Source of the DNA: Candidatus Magasanikiibacteriota bacterium
GTDB taxonomy: Bacteria > Patescibacteriota > Patescibacteriia > Magasanikbacterales > 2-02-FULL-50-9b
NCBI GenBank assembly: GCA_023246755.1
Contig: JAHFHU010000007.1
Coordinates: forward strand, 1-42,163
Direction: 5' to 3'
Length of the DNA stretch: 42,163 nt
The notes under the pieces are model-generated. The model was not told where the DNA came from. It ran no database searches and was given only the letters and a program-made list of their open reading frames with translations. The position numbers and the translations under genes were made by a program. This document shows, piece by piece, positions 36,351 to 42,163 of this stretch (positions are counted from its first letter, which is position 1; every line of letters begins with the position of its first letter).

Positions 36351-38639
36351 TTATGGTTGCACATTGCGCACACGATACCACCATCTGCCGGTTTTGCTTG
36401 AGCCGGGCATACCTTTGGTCATGTTTGCTTTGCTAAAATCCATTACCATTGCATTGAGTCCGGGTAAGTAACCATTCTGACCTTTCCAACGACCGGTGGA
36501 TTGGACAATTTGATTGTGTTTTCCATTTAAATCGCCAACAAATACGAGCACGTGTCCTTGTATTTCTTTGTCACTATCACCCAGCGGTAGATAGATCTTT
36601 GAATCGCTTGTTTGCCACCCAAAGATATCACCGGGCTGTAATTTGTATCCATCAACAATTGCGTTTTCATAGTCAATAGGATTAGCGCGTGTATTTTTTA
36701 ATGGCGATCCAGTTATTTCAGCAGAACCACCAAACGCATTAATTCCTGCGCAACCCATAATATAGGACGCGAGTCCCGAGCAGTCAAAACACATGAATCC
36801 CGATGGACATGAGGTGAGAATGTCCTTGTAACTTGGATTTTCAGCGATGAGCGCTTTATTTGCATCACTTCCGATGGAGTATTTAATATTTTGACTCTGA
36901 ATTTTTCCTCCCCAACGATAGACAACCTTGCCTTGAAGACTGCTGACTATTTTTGATATCGCGTCGCGGCCTCCTGATTTTGGACAATAAACATCCCCTG
37001 ATGGTTTATAGTCGGCCGGTAGAGCTCCGCCTGCAGCCGGTCCGCCATTTTTTGCTGCGTTTTCATCGTCACCACCAAAATCTTTTTCTATAAAAACTTC
37101 TTGTTTTGGAGCCAAGATATTGATTGCTTGTAGTTTTGGCAAATCAGGATTGATGACGTATAAAATGGTGAACACACCAAAAAGCAATGCGAGACCAAAT
37201 ACGGCGTTGCCGATCATATCACGTGCGCCGCCGATTGATTTTGCATTTCCAAACGAGGTCATCCAGCGAAATCCGGCGAACATGATAATGACAACGGCGA
37301 TGAGCACGCCGAGGCCAAGCGCGTATTTGTAAACCGCTTGGATGTATGTTGCAAGATAGGGAATTGAGAATTTTTTTAATCCATTCGCGCTGTCTTCGGC
37401 CGTGATGCTTCCGTCAAACGTAAGCCCCGGAATATCAACTTGCAGTTTTGGCGCGTACGCTTTGTATGTTTGTGCGGCAACATCAGGTTTAATATTTGCG
37501 GTTACGGTCGCGCCGCCCGTTCCGAGGTTGGTGTTATTGATGCATACGAGCGTCGTTTTTGTTCCATCTCCGATGTATGTTGTACAGATCGAATTTTCTC
37601 CGGCGCAGTTCGGGATCTCTGCGTGCGGGCATTCACACGATTGCGCTCCGGGGACACATTTTTTTGGATCCGTGAGGATCGATTTCATGTCATTAAAAAT
37701 CGCGGCTTGATTAAAACACTGATTTTTTTTTGTAACTGGACTCAAGATGCAAAAAGGATTTTGTGGATTTTTTATAGCGCAGTCCGCGTCATTTTTGCAG
37801 ACCTCGACGGACGGTGAAAATTTTCCGCCCGCAATTTTTGTCGTGTCAACACAGCGATAGCCGAATTTAAAATTTTTTGGCCCCTTGTAGCCTTTGATGG
37901 CGTACATGCACAAACTATCCGTTCCACTTTCTGAACAGGATATACCAACTTTAACTGAGGCGAGTTCGTTTTTGCCTGCAACGGGACATTTTGCTGACTC
38001 ACTGATTGCAGAATTTTTGACGCAACTAAACCCGAGTTTTTGCGGTTCATACGAATTCAGAATGCATGTTTCGTCGGCGGTGCAGGCAGCATTTGTTTGG
38101 CAGGTGCCGTCTTCGTCAATGACACTCGGAGGGAGCGCGTCTTTGTAGATACACCGTTTACGAGGCCACACATCGGTATTGTTGACGAGCACGAATACGC
38201 ACTGTTGATAGATTCCACACGTTGAACAATCCATGTCGACCGAGGTTTTTTCTTGTGGAACGAGATTTTTTGACAAACAAGCCATTCCAAAAAGCGATGG
38301 ATTTTTTACCGAGCTGACCACGACACATTGATCTGTGCCACCAGAATTTTCGCACACACCATCATCAAATTTTGAGCAGTTTGGGTAGGCGAGTCGCGGA
38401 AGACACATGTTGTCGGCGGGTGAACTCAAAATTTTGTAGGTCGCGCTTTTGAAATTTTTTATGTCCCAACAGTCAGCTTCGCCGGGACACGCGATCGTGA
38501 GCGCACCTGATTTACACGGACCCGTTGGCTGGCCGGGTGCGGGCGCGGCGTGAACAAAAGAGGGTTGTAAAAAAAACAACAAGAGTAGGATGGAAAAAGT
38601 TGTGATTTTTTTCTTTTGAAAAAAAGAAAATTTAAACAT
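36351..38639 (-). CDS. Cys-rich exported protein with VirB2/TrbC-like pilin hairpin and C-terminal NlpC/P60 domain
   Basis: Paralogue of the adjacent gene. The tail has YRWGGK...FDCSGLASY...LQPGDI...GHVLVFVG. Confidence 0.8.
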   Translation of the reverse strand: MFKFSFFQKKKITTFSILLLLFFLQPSFVHAAPAPGQPTGPCKSGALTIACPGEADCWDIKNFKSATYKILSSPADNMCLPRLAYPNCSKFDDGVCENSGGTDQCVVVSSVKNPSLFGMACLSKNLVPQEKTSVDMDCSTCGIYQQCVFVLVNNTDVWPRKRCIYKDALPPSVIDEDGTCQTNAACTADETCILNSYEPQKLGFSCVKNSAISESAKCPVAGKNELASVKVGISCSESGTDSLCMYAIKGYKGPKNFKFGYRCVDTTKIAGGKFSPSVEVCKNDADCAIKNPQNPFCILSPVTKKNQCFNQAAIFNDMKSILTDPKKCVPGAQSCECPHAEIPNCAGENSICTTYIGDGTKTTLVCINNTNLGTGGATVTANIKPDVAAQTYKAYAPKLQVDIPGLTFDGSITAEDSANGLKKFSIPYLATYIQAVYKYALGLGVLIAVVIIMFAGFRWMTSFGNAKSIGGARDMIGNAVFGLALLFGVFTILYVINPDLPKLQAINILAPKQEVFIEKDFGGDDENAAKNGGPAAGGALPADYKPSGDVYCPKSGGRDAISKIVSSLQGKVVYRWGGKIQSQNIKYSIGSDANKALIAENPSYKDILTSCPSGFMCFDCSGLASYIMGCAGINAFGGSAEITGSPLKNTRANPIDYENAIVDGYKLQPGDIFGWQTSDSKIYLPLGDSDKEIQGHVLVFVGDLNGKHNQIVQSTGRWKGQNGYLPGLNAMVMDFSKANMTKGMPGSSKTGRWWYRVRNVQP

Positions 38640-38641
38640 AC

Positions 38642-39319
38642 TTATTTTTTCGCTTCGATTCGCGCAAGTTCACTACGAATTGTTCCTGCAAATTCATAAT
38701 AGGGAAGTATACCTTCGATGCGCTGTGTTCCAAAGAAAAAAGTTGGCGTTGCGGTAACGTCGAGCGCGCGCGCTTCCTGTTCGTTTGCCTCGAGAGCTGA
38801 AATAATTCCATCGGAACGCATACAATTTTCGATCGTCGCGAGATCGAGTCCTGTTTCGGTAATTATTTTTTCGATCACCGGAAGTTTGACGTGTATTTCT
38901 TGAATGTGGGTGAAAGCGACGTGTTCAAAGTCCCAAAAATGTCCGGCAGCCGCCGCACATCGCCCGGCCTTGTGTAACTCAAAGCTGTCAGGAAAAATAT
39001 TTTTATGCGCGGGAAAATCTTTCCAAACAAATCGAATTTTTCCCGCGAGTTGTGGATCTTTGAGCAGCGCATCAATTTCGGGTGAGGCATTTGCGCAACT
39101 ATCACAACCAAAGTCAGAAAAATAAATAATGGAAAGTGGTGCGTCGGGTGATCCGCGTTGCGGGTCGGTAATTTTGATCGTCGGTTCGGTTATTTTTTTT
39201 TCGCGCGTGATCGGCGCGGGCGCGTTCGATGGAATTTTGATTTTAAGAATCAGCCCGATACAAATGAGCAGTGTGAGCGATCCGATAAATCCGATAATCC
39301 ACCGTCGCTGATCCAGCAT
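38642..39319 (-). CDS. Membrane-anchored DsbA/thioredoxin-fold protein
   Basis: N-terminal TM, FSDFGCDSC (CxxC), WKDFP and cis-Pro loop ATPTFF. Confidence 0.9.
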   Translation of the reverse strand: MLDQRRWIIGFIGSLTLLICIGLILKIKIPSNAPAPITREKKITEPTIKITDPQRGSPDAPLSIIYFSDFGCDSCANASPEIDALLKDPQLAGKIRFVWKDFPAHKNIFPDSFELHKAGRCAAAAGHFWDFEHVAFTHIQEIHVKLPVIEKIITETGLDLATIENCMRSDGIISALEANEQEARALDVTATPTFFFGTQRIEGILPYYEFAGTIRSELARIEAKK

Positions 39320-39320
39320 A

Positions 39321-40583
39321 TTACTTAAGTTGCATCTTGATGATTTGTCCGGTCGCGTGTTCTTTCATAAAAAGATTATTTCCATTTTTTGAAATGGAGA
39401 GCGAGTCAATCGTGTGTTCGCCGTCTGGTTTTCCAACGAGCGTTTGTAAACCACTGCGGATGTTGATTTTATAGATCGCATCATTCGTGTCAGTTGCAAG
39501 TTGTGGGGCAAAACCAATTCCGGGAATCAAACGATCAGGGTCAGGCACCGCGCATAAAACCTCATCATTGTTCATGAACGAGCACTTGCTTGCCCACGTG
39601 TTGACGTTGAGAAAATTTTTCGCTGCACCAACCGATGCGTCGTCACCACCATCGACCCACAATGATGGCTCAAGATTCGACGCGCCATTGTGTGCACTAT
39701 AGAGCACCCGATCGCCTTGCGGAGACCACGTCGGCTGAAAACCAAGACCTTCAACGGTCATCTGGCGAAAATTCTCACCATTTTTTCCGATGAGTAAAAC
39801 GCCTTGTCGATCTGCGCCGCCGCCGAGCCCCGGCGCTGTGCGAGAAAAGGCAATCACTTGATTATTCGGCGACCAGCTGACGATAACTTTGTTGCCATTT
39901 TCGCCGAGCGGCTCAATCGGCACCGCGTTTGTTCCATCGATATTTGACGTGAATAAAAAGCGCAAACTTGGATCAGGACTTTGTGTCATGCCCGCAACCT
40001 GTTTTGAGTCGGGAGAAAAATCGATGTCGGTCCAATGCGAAGGAATCGTGTACTGTTTTTTTGCGCTGAAATCATAAATAGCTTTCGTTCCATCCGGAAA
40101 ATCCATCACGGCAACATCTTTATTCGGTGCCCACTTTACATTTTGTACCGCGGGAAACGCATCAGTTGACATGAGAATTTTGTTGCCATCCTCATCAGCG
40201 CGATAAAATTTTCCATCGAGCCTGTCGTAATATTGGATCGTTCCACCATCGGGAGATAGCGTGAGTGCAGCCGTTGGATTGCTGATGACCGTCGTGACCG
40301 CAACATTGATTTGTCCGCCTGCGCTCGGCTGAACTTGGGCCGCTGTTTTGAGCGCGGGAGTTGGAAGTGCATTTTGACGATTTGCATTTGCATCATCTTC
40401 TGAACGATCGCGCGCGCCTGACGTCGTGAGTTGGTTTGCGGCAACGGACTGCTCGCTGTTCGTTTGAGCAGTTGAAGTTGTTTCTGAGGGAGCAAAATAA
40501 ACTTTGTAAACGATGTATCCAAAAAGCGTGGCGCAGAGGAGAATTCCGATTGCCGCGAGCATTTTCTTTTTTTCAAGTTCCAT
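39321..40583 (-). CDS. Membrane-anchored TolB-like beta-propeller protein
   Basis: N-terminal TM, then repeated LSPDG/WAPN/FSPDS/WSPN/WSPQG blades. Confidence 0.75.
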   Translation of the reverse strand: MELEKKKMLAAIGILLCATLFGYIVYKVYFAPSETTSTAQTNSEQSVAANQLTTSGARDRSEDDANANRQNALPTPALKTAAQVQPSAGGQINVAVTTVISNPTAALTLSPDGGTIQYYDRLDGKFYRADEDGNKILMSTDAFPAVQNVKWAPNKDVAVMDFPDGTKAIYDFSAKKQYTIPSHWTDIDFSPDSKQVAGMTQSPDPSLRFLFTSNIDGTNAVPIEPLGENGNKVIVSWSPNNQVIAFSRTAPGLGGGADRQGVLLIGKNGENFRQMTVEGLGFQPTWSPQGDRVLYSAHNGASNLEPSLWVDGGDDASVGAAKNFLNVNTWASKCSFMNNDEVLCAVPDPDRLIPGIGFAPQLATDTNDAIYKINIRSGLQTLVGKPDGEHTIDSLSISKNGNNLFMKEHATGQIIKMQLK

Positions 40584-40607
40584 AGAAGGTACAACTAAAA
40601 CGCGTTT

Positions 40608-40976
40608 TTATGATTCGATGTCATCGCGAAAAATCCATTGCATAAGTCCGGCTCCCGCACCGATTCCAACGCCAGTTCCGGGTGGTGAAAAAAAACCAAT
40701 CAGCGTGCTGATGATGCGTTCGCGAACAAAAGTTTTCACACCTCCCGTCGCGCTGTCGTATCCCTGTGCAAAATCAGAAGGGGAATCGTCGGAATCCTGC
40801 TCAGGTTCAGGAAAAGATGACGTGGTTGCATAATCATCACCGCTCGGCTGATAAGAACTTTCTGCACTGGCAGCTTCAACTTCAGCCTCGTGTCGCGCGG
40901 CTTGCCAATCGAGATTTGGCGGTGGCGACGGTGCGTAATTTCTTTGCGGTAAGGGTTTTCCCACGTCGGTTTCCAT
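40608..40976 (-). CDS. Small acidic hypothetical protein
   Basis: 122-aa ORF filling the gap before the propeller gene. It overlaps the clpC 3' end by 95 nt, so the start is uncertain. Confidence 0.5.
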   Translation of the reverse strand: METDVGKPLPQRNYAPSPPPNLDWQAARHEAEVEAASAESSYQPSGDDYATTSSFPEPEQDSDDSPSDFAQGYDSATGGVKTFVRERIISTLIGFFSPPGTGVGIGAGAGLMQWIFRDDIES

Positions 40977-42163
40977 AGGTTGGTTCGACGGTGATTATAC
41001 CATTTTTTATCGCAAGATGATATTCGCGTGTTTCAGTATTTTCCGAAAGATGCGCAACGAGCGGATGTTCAATCTGATTTTCGATGAGATGGCGAACTTT
41101 GCGAGCGCCCTGCTTGGCGTCCGCCGCATTTTGAGCAATGGTATGCGCGATATCTTCGCTCCAGTTTAAGAGAATCGATCGTTTGAGTAAGCGACCGGTA
41201 AAATCTGCAAGTTGTCGCGTCGTGATGCGAAGCAAGCTTTCGTTTTCAAGTGGACGAAACACGCAAATCGAGTCGATGCGATTTAACAATTCCGGTTTTA
41301 TGAGATTGAAAAGCGTTGCGCGAACCGCGTCGCTCGTGCGGGCGGGCGCGGCGTTGCTCGAGCCAAATCCAAAATTCGAGCCCGTGATTTCTTCCGGCGC
41401 GATTTGGTAGGTGAGGATGATAACCGCTTGTTTAACCGATGCCTCTTTGCCGCTTGCGTCGGTGATGCGGCCATCCTCGAGCATTTGAAGCAAAACGTTC
41501 AAAACATCGGGGTGCGCTTTGTCGATTTCATCGAATAACACGACACTCATCGGTTGGCGACGGAGACGATCAACGAGCGTCGTGCTTTCGCGATAGCCAA
41601 CGTATCCTGCGGGCGCGCCCATAATTTTTGACACACTAAAGCCTTCTGAAAATTCCGTCATGTCCAAACGGATCAGCGATTTTGCGTCGTCATACACACC
41701 GAGCGCAATCAATTTTGCGAGTTCGGTTTTGCCAACTCCAGATGGACCCGCGAACAAAAAAGATGCAAGCGGTCGATTTTCTTCGTGCAAACCAAGTTGC
41801 GCTTTGGTGATTGCGTGTGTGACCGCACTGATCGTTTCATTTTGTCCGAATACGCGCGATGATAAAAATTCGTGGAGCGAAGCGCGTGGCGCGTTGGTGA
41901 TCTGCTCGCTAATCGGTCGACGGAGCATGCGTTCGACAACGGCATAGATGTCGCGCGACGAAACAGTCCCGCGCGGTTCGGCAGTTCGTTGCGCGTTTGT
42001 AATTGCGGTGAGGCGCGCGCAAATTTTTTGCTCGCCGACTTTGATTCGTCCCGCTTCGTCGTAGTCCTCTTTGAGAACTGCCTTTTGTTTTTTTTGTTCA
42101 AGCTCGCGTAGTGTTTGACGCAATTCATTTTGTAATTCCGCAAGTGTTATATCCGCGGACGCA
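40882..42163 (-). CDS. clpC: Clp protease ATP-binding subunit, C-terminal part; runs off the window end
   Basis: UVR-like M domain (KAVLKEDYDEAGRIK), GPSGVGKTELAK, GAPAGYVGY, FDEIDKAHP and PELLNRID. The frame stays open to the window end. Confidence 0.9.
   Translation of the reverse strand, partial: ASADITLAELQNELRQTLRELEQKKQKAVLKEDYDEAGRIKVGEQKICARLTAITNAQRTAEPRGTVSSRDIYAVVERMLRRPISEQITNAPRASLHEFLSSRVFGQNETISAVTHAITKAQLGLHEENRPLASFLFAGPSGVGKTELAKLIALGVYDDAKSLIRLDMTEFSEGFSVSKIMGAPAGYVGYRESTTLVDRLRRQPMSVVLFDEIDKAHPDVLNVLLQMLEDGRITDASGKEASVKQAVIILTYQIAPEEITGSNFGFGSSNAAPARTSDAVRATLFNLIKPELLNRIDSICVFRPLENESLLRITTRQLADFTGRLLKRSILLNWSEDIAHTIAQNAADAKQGARKVRHLIENQIEHPLVAHLSENTETREYHLAIKNGIITVEPTYGNRRGKTLTAKKLRTVATAKSRLASRATRG

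Noticed and set aside
1-42163. CRISPR array, rRNA, transposase, reverse transcriptase or recoded stop codons
   Set aside because: I saw no spaced repeat array or such genes. TGA terminates several clear genes, so code 11 fits.

Overview
This window looks like chromosomal DNA from a Patescibacteria (CPR) bacterium, probably Parcubacteria/ABY1-like. That is inferred from the gene content, giant Cys-rich exported proteins, a VirB4/PrgI/VirB6-like cluster and Shine-Dalgarno-poor start sites. It uses the standard code with TGA as stop. Housekeeping genes are nth, prfB (no frameshift), tsaC, rsmA, comF, recG, radA, clpC (partial), tRNA-Ser(GCT) and tRNA-Arg(GCG). Accessory content comprises a hicB plus decayed hicA, an intact MNT-HEPN toxin-antitoxin pair, a 2905-aa Cys-rich surface protein with an apparent tandem Tudor-like insert, a probably foreign lipoprotein, a T4SS-like operon ending in comF, and two tandem pilin-like paralogues with different C-terminal cysteine hydrolases next to a DsbA-like gene. 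The top candidate novelty is a ~450-nt densely base-paired region (about 29229-29693) with no convincing ORF. It has its own near-consensus sigma70 promoter, back-to-back with the tRNA-Ser promoter, and looks like an unassigned large structured ncRNA. Both tRNAs are also followed by a shared hairpin element built around an inverted copy of their own T-arm. All calls come from reading the sequence; no searches or folding programs were run.
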